NCBI GenBank assembly: GCA_030264375.1 | Contig: JASCQW010000162.1 | Location: 103,586,866 to 103,650,865 of the forward strand | Direction of reading: 5' to 3' | From: Carcharhinus longimanus | Taxonomy: Eukaryota | Length of the DNA: 64,000 nt | Shown: positions 26,105 through 37,799 of the stretch, piece by piece | Layout: the number at the start of each line of letters is the position of its first letter | Numbering within the stretch: position 1 is the first letter of the stretch | Position numbers and translations under genes: made by a program | The notes under the pieces: model-generated | Seen by the model: only the letters and a program-made list of their open reading frames with translations | The model's database searches: none | Told to the model about the DNA's origin: nothing

Positions 26105-26430
26105 ATTTTTAATTCATTGGATGTGGGAGTCGCTGCCAAGTCAGGTATTTGCTACACATTCCTAATTGGGCTGAGGGGCAGTTAAGAGTCAACCGCATTG
26201 TTGCGGATCTGAAGTTACATGTAGACCAGATCAAGCAAGGACAGCAGATTCCTTTCCTAAAAGTGAACCAGATGAGGATTATTTTACAACAATTAACAAT
26301 AGTTATCAATAGACCTTTACTGAATTAAAATTCTGCCACCTGCCATGATGGGATTCGGACCCCAGTCCCTGGAGCATAATGAGAGTCTCTGGATTATTGA
26401 TCCAATGGCAACACCACTATGTCACTGCCT
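26105..26430 (-). mobile_element. SINE or LINE-tail-derived repeat
   Basis: ttcattggatgtgggagtcgctgccaagtcaggtatttgctacacattcctaattg shares the tail of the LINEs at 9745 and 57905; ggattcggaccccagtccc is a reverse B-box-like head. Confidence 0.6.
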
Positions 26431-27789
26431 TCCCCCAAACCACAGATGCTTATACAAACCTTATAGTATTGGTATGGACGAAGAATTAAGATTTATCTAT
26501 TTTATTAACAATACATCAATACTTTCCTTAAACCACTGCAACCTGGACGGAAGCCCAAAGCCTACAGACAAGTTGCCTTTGGCAGCATGGGAAGGATGAA
26601 AAAGAAAATTATCACTCGAGAACCAGAGTACAGAAAGTCAAAAAGTAATCTAAACATAATTTACAAAATATGGAATTGAATATTTAGGTTATTTCTATTA
26701 ATACCATAAAAGCAGACACAATCAAAATGTTATTTAACTAAAAGATAAATTGGAACATGAATAAAGAAGATCAATGTGGAGAGTTAATGCTAGCAGTTTC
26801 TCTCACAGACTGGGAACGAGGCCGAATTTTGCTTATTTATGGAGTGTGAAATTCATGAGTCTTTTGTTATTTAGTTTGTTCCTTCTTTCTTTGAATTATG
26901 GGAGTACTGTTGTTTTCTTTCAGTCTCCTGAAGCTGCCCAAATTTAGTTGGCTTTGGGAGATTATAATTTGCGTTTCCCAACATCCTCATCTGATTATAT
27001 TTATTCCTTCAGGTGGTGACTGTTCAGGCTGGAAGATTTGTTTGATTTATATCCTTTTAGTTTATTCAATTACAATTTCTCTCTATGCCTACACAATTCT
27101 CCCTGTCACTAATCTGTGGCCTTCCTTGTACTTTTCGTGTCATATTCTTCTCCAAAACCTGAAGCAAAACATTCAGTTCTGCTGTGTCCTTATCCTTCAT
27201 TACTGTCACACTGTAGTATGTTTTTAAGGCTCAATTCTTCCATTAGTACTCTCTTTATCTTGTTTTATTCATTCAAAAACCCCTGGGATTACCCTTGATC
27301 CTGTTTGCAAGGCTCTCATCATACTCCATCATCACTTTTATAATTTTCCTTGTCTTCCTTTGCATTTTAAAATACAACTCAGAAAACACAGCCAAAGCAA
27401 AAACCTTAGATAATAAAATGATAGATCTTTCAATAGCCAGCAAAAATAAATATAACAAGGTATAAGAACGTTTGAAATGAAAAAAGGTCACTGGTTTATC
27501 CAATATACTCTTACATATAATTTGCTCAAAAATGGATGACAAAATTAACTCAACTTCTTTCAGGAGACAACTGACCATATATAAACCATTAAGAATATTA
27601 AATGCTGAATTTTCTTGCTGACTCCCATGAATATTTGCTAAAACCACCAGAATACGAATAAATTTTAAATTCCATACTTGCTGTTATGACCAACCACACG
27701 CAGTAAAACTATGCTGAAGTGTCACATCACAAGAGGCATTGGTCATTCAGCCCTTGAGTGTTTTCCACAATTCACACAATCCACTTGGA

Positions 27790-29030
27790 TTGGCTGTGTC
27801 TTAGAGGATGCTTGTATTTGTTCTTGCTCTGGATTCATGTTATCCTTCTAAGTTAGTGTTGATGCTGTTGTTTTAGGACTTGTGGTGAGTAAGTGTTATT
27901 CGAGCTTCAACATCATCGAAAACTATTGGAGGACCGCTGTCCAACAAGTTTGAGTTTAGCATTAGGTCTGATTTCAAGTCTCGTAATTTATATAATGTAC
28001 TACTGGCTGAGCTAGCACATTGCATTCATAGAGTCATACAGCACAGAAAAGGCCCTTCGGCCACTGAATCTGCATTCAGTGATGTAACTCTTCCAAGATA
28101 TGGGAACATTTTCCAATATTTCACCATGAATCTCAACTGAAAGTGCTGGATTTGATATATTTGATGTGGGCTGGTGGAGGATCTTGTTAGGTGGATTAAC
28201 CATGGTAGAGGCGTGGGATTATTGGGATAGGAAAGAGGGATGGTGGACCTGGATAAGATGCTCTTCTGGAGAGTTGTGGCAGACTTGATGGGCCAACTAG
28301 GCTCCTTCTGCAGTGGAGAGTTTCTATAATTCATGCTGGTCTTCGTTTTGAGGGTGCATAGCTCAATGGTTGCCTTGAAAAAGGTGTTCCTGTCATGCTT
28401 TTAAGCAAGGAGTTGAATTTCCTCAACCTTCTCAGTCTACCTTTTATTCACCTAATTATTGCAGATTCTTCTTTGAACATCAACTTCAGCTGTATGAAGG
28501 GAGACATTCTTTTTTGTGGAGTTTGAATCCAGTTACCAGGTTTGGAATGTTCTTCATTTACAATCGATTATTTTGCATATTGTCTATATTGCTCTCATCA
28601 AACCAATCTTGCTATCTTTTCGTGGTGCATCTGAGGATTTCTTGGCAGGTGTGAGTGATGATGGATTTCAATGATTGCTAGTCATCTTGCATGTAACTTG
28701 ATGCTGTGACCATCCATTCTTTTAGTTTTTGATTGATTTGTTGTCGCAATTCCTTCAGCTTGGTGTCATTTGATAGGCAGGGACCTCAAACCTTCTACGA
28801 AACTGTCACAGCCTTTTGGGGGCCATCTCAGGTGCCAATACCAAACACGAGTTGGTGGTCAGTCCTGCATTCATCATGTAACCATAGCATGTGCAATTTA
28901 CACATCTTTTTGATTCCCTATTCCTGACTATCACTATTAAGTACCAGTGATTCGATCTTGAATGCTACCAAGTCATCCTGAAACTTTCTGCTAGAAGGCG
29001 TGTTAGTCAGCACAAGATCAAGTAACAGTT
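27790..29030 (-). mobile_element. Degraded RTE-clade LINE, interrupted by SINE pieces at ~28028-28332
   Basis: Minus-strand translation gives LVLTNTPF, TW.HSRSNHWYLI, ECRTDHQLV (endonuclease end), then KR.QDWFDE and EKVEEIQLLA*KHDRNTFFKA, collinear with the RTE ORF. Confidence 0.75.
28185..28332 (+). mobile_element. HE1-type SINE 3' fragment
   Basis: gttaggtggattaaccatgg...gacctggataagatgctcttc...gcagacttgatgggcc...ctccttctgcag. Confidence 0.7.
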
Positions 29031-29637
29031 TGGGTACTGCTTTTAAAGTGAAATAAGCGGATTATGTTCGGCTGCAATTATGCTGTGATCAGAAGTCACT
29101 CAAATGTCAGCGGCACTTATTGATGCTGCTGAGCTGCAAACATAAACTTTCCAAATCAACTGAGAGCTCTGGATATGTCCTCCAAAGCAATAAATTTTAA
29201 ATAAATTGAGCTCACAGGCAGGAATGCCTGCTTTCTCCAAACACTGAAATAAGCTCTATCAGTGGAAGCTCAATAAATCATGAGAACTTTTTAAACTGTG
29301 CACAAAATTACATTGGGGTTATAGTCCACGTGGTGCAATTGGTATTAAATGGTCTCCTCTAGGGATCTCAGTCCTTTTGAAATCATATATCATGTAAACA
29401 TTTTTTTTTAAACTATTTATCTACTTCCCTTTTCACAGCTATTGTGTGTTCTGCTTCCAATGCTATTTTTAATCAAAGATATTCCCCTAATTTCATTGCT
29501 GATCTTGAATTAATACTCTGATCACTGGCTCAGTGATCAATAGAAATAATTATTTCCTGTTTATCTGATCAAATTCTTTATAATTTTAAACATCTCCATT
29601 AGATCTTTTAATAATCTCTGCTTCAACAAAAAAAATT

Positions 29638-29830
29638 GCATAGAATTCCGACAATGCAGAAGGAGGCCACTCAGCGCATCAAGCCTGCACAGACAACAAT
29701 CCCACCCAGGCCCTATCCTTGTAACCCCACGCTAATTCCCCTGACACTAAGGAGCAATTTAGCATGGCCAAATCAAACTAACCCACACATCTTTGGACTG
29801 TGGAACTGTGGGAGGAAACTAGAGGAGCTA
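29638..29830 (-). mobile_element. HE1-type SINE fragment
   Basis: gcagaaggaggccactcagc...gcaatttagcatggcca...cacatctttggactgtgg...gggaggaaac. Confidence 0.8.
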
Positions 29831-30009
29831 AAAAAGATTGCGATGTGCAATTGGCCTGTGCCAACTTGAGCTGAGGCAGGCAATGTGCAGATTTCGTGCT
29901 GCCTGCTCATCGACATGATCACAATGTGCAGTTCTATGCAAAACTGTTTCGGGCTGATGTACGCTCAGCGGGTACTAGGACAATCACAGAAAGTGCTTGA
30001 TGGAAGAAA

Positions 30010-30780
30010 GGAGACTGCAAATTGAGCCACAAGAAAGGGGCTACCATGTTCTTTAATGCAGTGCTGGAGGCCTTACTGATGGAGGTCAAGAGGAAAAATC
30101 ATAGAATCTCTACAGTGCAGAAGGAGACCATTCAGCCCATCATCAACAATCCCATCCATGTCCCATCCCCGTAACTCCACAATTTACCCTGCTAATCTCT
30201 CTGACACTCAGGGTCAATTTAGTATGGCCAATCAACTTAACCTGACCAAACTTATACAAGAAACCGTTAAGGCATAACCTCCGAAGGAACGGGAGCAGGT
30301 GGTCAGAGAGGTCAATTCCCAGAGTCTGGCCCAGAGGATCTGGCTGCAGTATGTGAAAAACTTCAAAGGCCTCACATTGTTGAGGTCAAGGTGAGTGAAT
30401 GCATCTTCAGGTAACATCTTCAATTATTGCAACATCAACCTCTGATGCTGCTCAATGTACCACTGCACCGTCTGCAATCAGGACTCATACTAACTTCCAG
30501 ATGCTCCACTTCACTTCCTCATGAGTCTCACATCCATCTCAAGCAGCTTTGACACAATCCCAGCTATTCAGCTATGGTTGTCACATCACTGACATTTCTC
30601 CCTCTTATAAGGTCACAAAATAATAGAGTAGCAGAAGACAGTCAATTGAGCAGTGAATCAGGGGCTGTAGAGAAGCTGGGGTTAGAGGCAGAGAGCTTTA
30701 AGGATCAAGGATCTGATTTGGCATCACTAAGCAAGAATGAAATCATGCCCACACTGAAGCGGGAGAATACAAAATCAGGA
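30010..30780 (+). mobile_element. PIF/Harbinger Myb/SANT-like gene relic, split by an HE1 SINE (30099-30245, minus strand)
   Basis: RKGATMFFNAVLEALLMEVKRK [SINE] ...EQVVREVNSQSLAQRIWLQYVKNFKGLT, followed by donor-like GTGAGT at ~30391. Resembles the Myb_DNA-bind_5 pattern APRFS..LEALV.EV...W..VA..VN....R.W.QCRKKFNDL. Confidence 0.65.
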
Positions 30781-31696
30781 GATGCTGTTGGAAAGCTCGC
30801 CTAGCCAGATGCTACTCAAAGGACACCAAGAAGCACTGGGAAAGTCCCAGGAAAAGTGAAATAACTCTCAAAATTTTGTAAAGTACTGGCGACTCTTGGG
30901 TGCAAATAAAAGTAGAATGAGGACTATTTTGTTGAAATTCTCAGGTTTAAAGTATAAATGTTTATGAAATGTAGTAGTACATGCCACGTTTAACTCCTGG
31001 AGAGTAAAATATTTTGTGGTGTATTTCTTTCAGTTAATAACTGGGAGTTTTAATCTCTTTCTAAAAGTTAATGGTTTCTACTGAGATTGTCACACATGAA
31101 ACAGTGATTCCACTCACTAGGCAGCAACAGCAGCACAAAGTCAAAAGTAGCTCACCTGGAAGTCCTCTTAAAAACACTAGTCATGGGTGTCATTTGTGTA
31201 GCTAAGAATAGGTTCAGCCATCAGTGACTAGAGTGGCCATTAGCAGGACCTGCCAGATCCAATATAGCAGTTTGTGCACAAAATCAGCCTTTTATGCTCT
31301 TTGATGTCACAATCTGCATGTTTGCAACTCCAGTGTGGCATATCCATGCAATAGTGCTCTTACAATCTTAGGAGGTGACATGATCTGTGCTGGTGACGGT
31401 TCGGCTGTCATATTTGGAGTTTTGGCTTCTATAACACCAGCTACGAATTTAGCAACCAAAATCTCCATTCTCTCAACAACAACTTACATTTGCATTGCAC
31501 CTCTGATACAGAAAGTATCCCACAATGCTTCACTCAAGCATAATCAGAAAAGAAATACACAGAGACAAGGAAGATATTAAGAAAGGTGGCCATTGGTGGT
31601 CAAATAAATGCTGTCTAGCCAGCAACGCCCATTTCCCATGAATAAAAAACGTGTTTTTTAAAAGCAGGGAGGAGGAGAGTGAGTTGGAGAAATGGA

Positions 31697-33990
31697 GGCC
31701 ATGATTTTCTGGCCAAGTCATGCAAAGAATGCAATAGACGGAGTGGGACGGAGAATTGCGGGTGAGTGGTTTAGCATATTCTGCACCAGCTCCAAGCCTC
31801 ATCGGTATCTTCCCACCCACTGCTCCCGGAAGAAATCTGGTTCCTGCCCAGTAAAAGTGGGAATCAGATCAGCATATTTAAATGAGTGTTTAAATATGCT
31901 GAGTCCATTAGAGGCCAGAACTTCCCTGTGTGATGATATTATGCCTTTAAGAAATAGATGTACATCACATGTCTTGTAAGGCGTATGTTTAGAATTCAGA
32001 TCTGTGTTTGCAGGACGTCTAGCAAAACATTTGAACTGATAGCTGGTAGCGCAGGATAGGTAAACATTTTAGACCTGGAGTGTTTATTTTAAGTTGAGTT
32101 ACCTGGGTCTCCTCTGGCGGGGGAGGGGGGGGTTCAGTGTAGAATTTTGATTAGACTCATTTACAGGAACAGAATCATGCGCTTAATGGGAGGAACTAAG
32201 CTTGCAGGCAAGAAGTACTGCTTCAGTTTCATTTTTAAAAATATAAGCAGTTGCTGTTTAAACTGCCAGAAGAAACAAGGATCCCTCTGGCTCACTCTCC
32301 AGAGTTGTTCTGAAAGCTCTAGCACTGTTAACCAGAGATAAGCAAGTATGCCTGTATTTTGCCAACTAACTTGAGAGAGGTTTAAGTCTATTAGAGGAAT
32401 ATTGCTTGAATTGGAACTCATATGCCAGCAATAAAGAATTGTATCTTGTCATGTTAGGTATTGCCCAATTGTTAAATGTTAAACTAATTAATTTGTTCTC
32501 ATTAACCTGTGTTGTTAATCAAAACTTGTTTTGACGAAAGCTTCCTCGTGCATCAGTAGAATTGTGCCTGGAATGAAACCTTGTGTGGAATTTTCCAACT
32601 ATGCACAACCTCAGATCCAAAATTCCCATCCATGGTCAATGGGATTTAAAATGATCTACCAAATGTTATGTGCTGCCCATTATAATTCTTGTGATGGGTG
32701 GGACCAGAAAATATCCCCCATCATATTCTCACATTAATGCCAAAATAGCAAATTGTTGGGGTCTAGTCTGACTTCATAATATATCTTGGGGTTTCTGATC
32801 TGGTATCCTTACATTTGCTCCTGGGATTTTCTGACTCTTGGTGGCAGAGGGAGCCTGGTGAGAATCACTACTGGCCTCCATAAACAGAGACCAGGTGTGA
32901 TGGCCAAGCATGGGGGATGGGAGATGGAAGAAAGACTCAGAGGCCATAGAAACCCCTGGTGGTTGGGGACATGGCTGGCCATTGCCCTTCGGGCAATGCC
33001 AGCCTGACTGTATCAACAGGCACCCTGGCAGTGCCCACTGATGCCCAAATGAATGGGACATTGGCCAAAAATCGGTATTCCTGACAAGCGTTAGCACTAT
33101 CAGGATTCAGCCAACCCGCCCTGCCGACCCGGATTGGGGTCCCACCCAGAAGATGCAGCATCCCAATAAGTATGCAAACTCACTAATTTGAATGTCATTA
33201 GCAGGGTTGACAGCCAATTCAGCAGTACACCACCATTCACCCAGCCTGCGAATGGATCATGGCACCAGACTGTCTTTATAGTTGTTCCCACATAGGGCGC
33301 TGGACCTTGAGAGTCCAGGAGAGCACCATCAAACCCTCAGAAGATGAGCATCCTGCCCCCCCACCCCCATCACTCAAACCATGGATCACCCTCCCCATGC
33401 ACTATGCAGCCCTTTCTCAGCTGCCCCCCCCCCACACCTCAGACTCCCCACTCAGCCCCCTTCCCACTCAGATACTTACTTAGCCAACCTCTCCCCTCAG
33501 ACACCTCACTCAGCTCACATGCCACAGGCCACATGCCCCCTAGCATTGACACTCTGGCCTGGAACATTGTGCCCAAAAGGGCTTGATGATATAGATCCAG
33601 AGACCATTTACCCATCTGCTGCTACCAGGCTGCAATGAAAGGTCCTTCAAGGGTTTTGAGGCATTGGTGGGCTCAGTTTGGAGCAAGGGGTTGCCCCGCT
33701 CTCCGTTGGGATAGAAATGTTATTGCTGGATGGCCTCTTTGAGTCATGGCAGTCCTGAAGGTCACCCCAGCATGGTGATTTCAGATAGCTCTGTGATCAA
33801 TATCTGCATTCCCACCTGTCAGCGATGAAAATTCTAAAGTGGCCAGGAAACTCTAACCTCCGTGCCCCTCAAGTCACCTGGCAGGCTTTCAAATCATTTC
33901 AGCATTCCATTCTGCAGCAGATGATTTTCCTTTCTCCCTGTCAGAAGCTGTAGGTGTGAGCAGGCTCCTCTGAAGTCTGACCAAGATGGG
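31697..33990. mobile_element. Harbinger-type element relic hosting nested insertions
   Basis: Starts with TIR-like ggccatgattttctggcc; weak minus-strand Myb-like remnant (QCLKT.KDL) near 33640-33770. Confidence 0.45.
31927..32813 (+). mobile_element. Probable solo LTR with a MITE nested at ~32584-32720
   Basis: TG...ACA termini (tgtgtgatgatattatgcctttaaga ... ggtatccttaca), AATAAA at ~32430, no coding capacity. No clean target-site duplication seen. Confidence 0.5.
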
Positions 33991-34113
33991 ATATTAATTT
34001 GACTGGGGAGGGGNNNNNNNNNNNNNNNNNNNNNNNNNNNNNNNNNNNNNNNNNNNNNNNNNNNNNNNNNNNNNNNNNNNNNNNNNNNNNNNNNNNNNNN
34101 NNNNNNNNNNNNN

Positions 34114-34175
34114 GATTGTGGTCAGTGCAGACTCAATGGGCCGAATGGCCTCCTTCTGCACTGTTGGGATTCTAC
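34114..34175 (+). mobile_element. HE1-type SINE 3' end (rest lies in the gap)
   Basis: gattgtggtcagtgcagactcaatgggccgaatggcctccttctgcactgttgggattct. Confidence 0.8.
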
Positions 34176-35381
34176 AATTCTTTAGTGATGAAGGTGATTG
34201 ATGAGGGTAGAGCTGTGGCTGTTGTCCACACAGACTTCAGTAAAGCCTTTGACGAGGTCTGTCGTGATAGACTAGTATAACAGGTGATGTTACACAGGAT
34301 CAGAGGAGGCAAGATGGATACAGAACTGGCTTGGCCGTAGAAGACAGAGGGTAGCAGTAGAGGGGTGTGTTTCTGATTGGAGGGATGTGACCAGTGGTGT
34401 TCCACGAGGATCAGTTCTGGGACTTCGTTGTTCATAGCATATATAAATGATTTGGAGGAAAATGTAGCTGGTCTGATTAGTAAATTCACAGACAACTCAA
34501 AAATTGATGAAGTTGCAGATAGTGTTGAGGACCATCAGAGGATACAGCAGGATATAGATCAGTTGGAGACTTTGGTGGAGAGATAGCAGAGGGAGTTTAA
34601 TCCAGAAAAATGTGAGGTAATGCATTTTGGAAGGTCTAATACAGGTAGAAAATATACAGTAAGTGGCAGAACCCTTAAGAGTATTGAAAGGCAGAGAGAT
34701 CAGTGTCCATCGATCACTGAAAGTGGCAACGCAGGTGGAGAAGGTAGTCAAGAAGACATACGGCATGCTTGCCTTCATCAGCAGGGCATTGAGTTTAAAA
34801 ATTGGCAAGTCACGTTGCAGCTTTATAGAACCTTAGTGAGGCTGCATTTGGAATATAGTGTTCAATTCTGGGTCACCCACACTACCAGAAGGATGTGGAG
34901 GCGTTGGAGAGGGGACAGAAAAGATTTACCAGGATGTTGCCCCTGGTACGGAGGGCATTAGCTCTGAGGAGAGGTTGGAGAAACTCGGTTTGTTCTCACT
35001 GGAGGTTGAGGGGGAGACCTGATAGAAGCCGACAAGATGATGAGGGACAGAGTGGAGAGTCAGAAGCTTTTCCCCCCTCCCCCGAGGGTCAATTACTGGG
35101 GGGGGGGGAAACAGGTTTAAGGGGCGAGGGACAAGGTTTAAAGGAGATACAGATTTTTTTACACAGAGGGTGGTGGGAACTCACTGCCGGGGGGAGGGAG
35201 TGGGAGTGGATACGATAGTGAGTTTTAAGGGGGCGTCTGGACAAATCCATGAATAGGACGGGAATAGAGGGATATGGTCCCCGGAAGGGGAGGGGGGGGT
35301 TTAGTTCAGTCGGGGTGGGGGGCAGTGCAGGCTCGGAGGGGCCGAAGGGCCTGTTCCGGTGCTGGAATTTTCTCTGTTCGT
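34176..35381 (+). mobile_element. CR1 LINE, RT domain to 3' tail
   Basis: DEGRAVAVVHTDFSKAFDEV; LFIAYINDLEENVAGLISKFTD; LYRTLVRLHLEYSVQFW; tail gggccgaagggcctgttc. Confidence 0.92.
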
Positions 35382-36402
35382 ACATAAGTACTAAGAATGG
35401 GAGTGGGCCATTCGGCCCCTCGCCCCCCCCCATTCAATAAGATCATGGCTGATATTTCCATGGACTCAGTTCCACTTACCCGCCCCCTCACCATAACCCT
35501 GAATTCCTTCAAAAATCCATCTATCCTCGCCTTCAAAACATTCAATGAGGGAGCCTCAACTGGGCAGGAGAATTCCACAGATTCACAACCCTTTGGGTGA
35601 AGAAGTTCCTCCTCAACTCCGTCCTCAATCTGTTTCCCCTTATTCTGAGGCCATTCCCCCCCTCGTTCTAGTTTCACCGCCCCCCCCCACAGTGGAAATA
35701 ACTTCCCTGCTTCTATCTTATCCATTCCCTTCATCATCTTAGATGTTTCGAGAAGATCTCCCCCTCATCCTCCCGAATCCCAGTGAGTATTGTCCCAGTC
35801 TACTCAGTCTCTCCTCATAATCCAACCCTCCGGAATCACCCTAGTGAATCTCCTCTGCACCCCCTCCAGTGCCAGGATATCCTTTCTCAAGTAAGGAGAC
35901 CCAAACTGTACCCAGTAACTCCAGGAGTGTCCTCACCAGCACCTTATACAGCTGGAACATAACCTCGCTGTTTTTAAACTCCATCCCTCTCGCAGTGAAG
36001 GATAAAATTCCATTTCCCATCTTCATTCCCTGCTGCAAACCAATTCCCTGTGATTCCTACACCAGGACACCCAGATCCCTCTGCACAGCAGCTCGCTGCA
36101 ATCTTTTACCATTTAAATAATAGTCCATTTTGCTGTTATTCCGACCAAAATGGATAACCTCACATTTACCAACATTGTACTCCATCTGTCAGACCCTCCC
36201 CCACTCACTTAGACTATCTATATCCCTCTGCACACTTTCCTCTGCCACCCATCTCAGTGTCATCTGTGAACTTTGACACACTACGCTCGGTCCCCAACTC
36301 CAAATCATCTCTGTAAATCGGAAACTATTGCGGTCCCAACACTGATCCCTGAGGCACACCACTAATCACTGATTGCCAGCCAGAAAAACGTCCATTTACC
36401 CC
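35382..36402 (-). mobile_element. CR1 LINE, RT domain to 3' tail, tail-to-tail with the preceding copy
   Basis: GILSFTARGMEFKNSEVMFQLYKVLVRTLLE; GVPQGSVLGP motif at ~36330-36362; tail ggccattcggcccctcg...attcaataagatcatggctga. Confidence 0.92.
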
Positions 36403-36926
36403 CTTAAACAGGTTTCCAATGGAACAGATTTCCATTCTGCACAGATATGCACTCAGCCTCAGCCCAATATATTCACATAGCTTTGATGTGAAGTTTTGAT
36501 GTGAAGTTTGAGACTTCCTAGTAACCTGAAATCTTTGAAAGTCTCTGGAGTAATTTCAAGGTGCAGTGTCTCGTAAAAGATTCAACAAATATCTCAATGG
36601 ATTTCTATCATCCTTCAGCCACCTGTGTTTATTTTCAATTTCCTTCACAGTTGAATGCACCTGAGGTACCCCATTGATTCTGCCCACTATGGTTGAGAGA
36701 CCCTAAGTCTGATTGACAGCCTGTGGTTTCATCTCTTTTATAAACCACAATCATTTTAAGGAAATCAATGTTGCAGAATGAAGTGCTGCAGTGACTTAAA
36801 AGCCTGCCAGGTGACGGGTGGTGGTGGGGGGAGGCATTGGAAATTAAAGTTACCTGGTCACTTTAGAATTTTCACAGCTAACAGGCAGCACAACAGATGG
36901 TGACCACAGGGCTGTCTGAAATCACC

Positions 36927-37149
36927 CTGATGTGGAGATGCCGGCATTGGACGATAAACATAGTAAGAAGTCTCACAACACCAGGTTAAAGTCCAACAAG
37001 TTTATTTGGTAGTAAATGCCACTAACTTTCGGGGTTTGCCCGTTCGTCAGGTGAGTTAACCTGATGAAGGGGCAAACCCCAAAAGCTAGTGGCATTTACT
37101 GGCAAATAAACCTGTTAGACTTTAACCTGGTATTGTGAGACTTCTTACT
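36927..37149. mobile_element. Minimal Penelope-like element made of inverted pLTR fragments
   Basis: 91-bp arms at 36962-37052 and 37059-37149 are reverse complements. They share aaataaacctgtt.gac.ttaacctggtattg..agacttcttact with the Penelope 3' end at 55664-55707. Flanked by an 11-bp direct repeat ctgaaatcacc. Confidence 0.88.
37019..37055 (-). ncRNA. Minimal type I hammerhead ribozyme-like motif (Penelope pLTR)
   Basis: Minus strand CUCAC-CUGACGA-A-CGGG-CAAA-CCCC-GAAA-GUUA-GUGG: core boxes intact, stem I CAC/GUG, one stem II mismatch. Confidence 0.6.
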
Positions 37150-37799
37150 GAAATCACCATGCCATGGATGATGTTCTGGTCTGCCAGGATTAGAAGGAAT
37201 AGCTCAGCCATAACACCCCCATCCTGGGAAAGAGTGACAAGGTCAACCCCTTGCCTCCCCGCCTCAATCCACCCAATATTAGTTTGAGAAGTGGCGGTAG
37301 AGAGCAGAAACAAAACAGGAAGCAGTTTAGCAGGCTTGCTAGCACAGGTTGGAGTATTCATTCAAATCTCAGCAATGGCACACATTTGAAGTGTATTGAT
37401 CTTCATGCAATATCAAATTTGTAAAGCAGGGACGGTGTAACTTCAGATTGTTCATTTGCTAACACATTTTTCACACTTCTCACCAAAGGTTAATTTCACA
37501 CCCATCAGTGAAACCAGTTTACAGTAAAATTCTAACCAGTCAAATCCCAGGGGTTCACCACAAATTGTGTAAAGCAGAGGTCTGTAATACCCGAGAAAGT
37601 CCCATTTCCACCTGAATATCTCTATGTAACCGGATATGCCTACAAACCCTATGTCAAACGCAACAGATTCAAATGCCAAATGAAAACATGGTAGTAAATA
37701 GGTGAAGAAGTCTTATTCAACTTGTTCAGCCTTACAATGGCCTGACCTTGTAAAAGACCAGAGCTTTGCATTTAAAAATGTCAGGAGTTAGCTCCGGAA

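Noticed and set aside
28733-28927. Plus-strand DRQGPQTFYETVTAFWGPS as an inverted RTE segment
   Set aside because: The minus strand reads collinearly as RTE through this region, and the true KHD..FF motif is at ~28370-28410. The plus-strand resemblance is coincidental.
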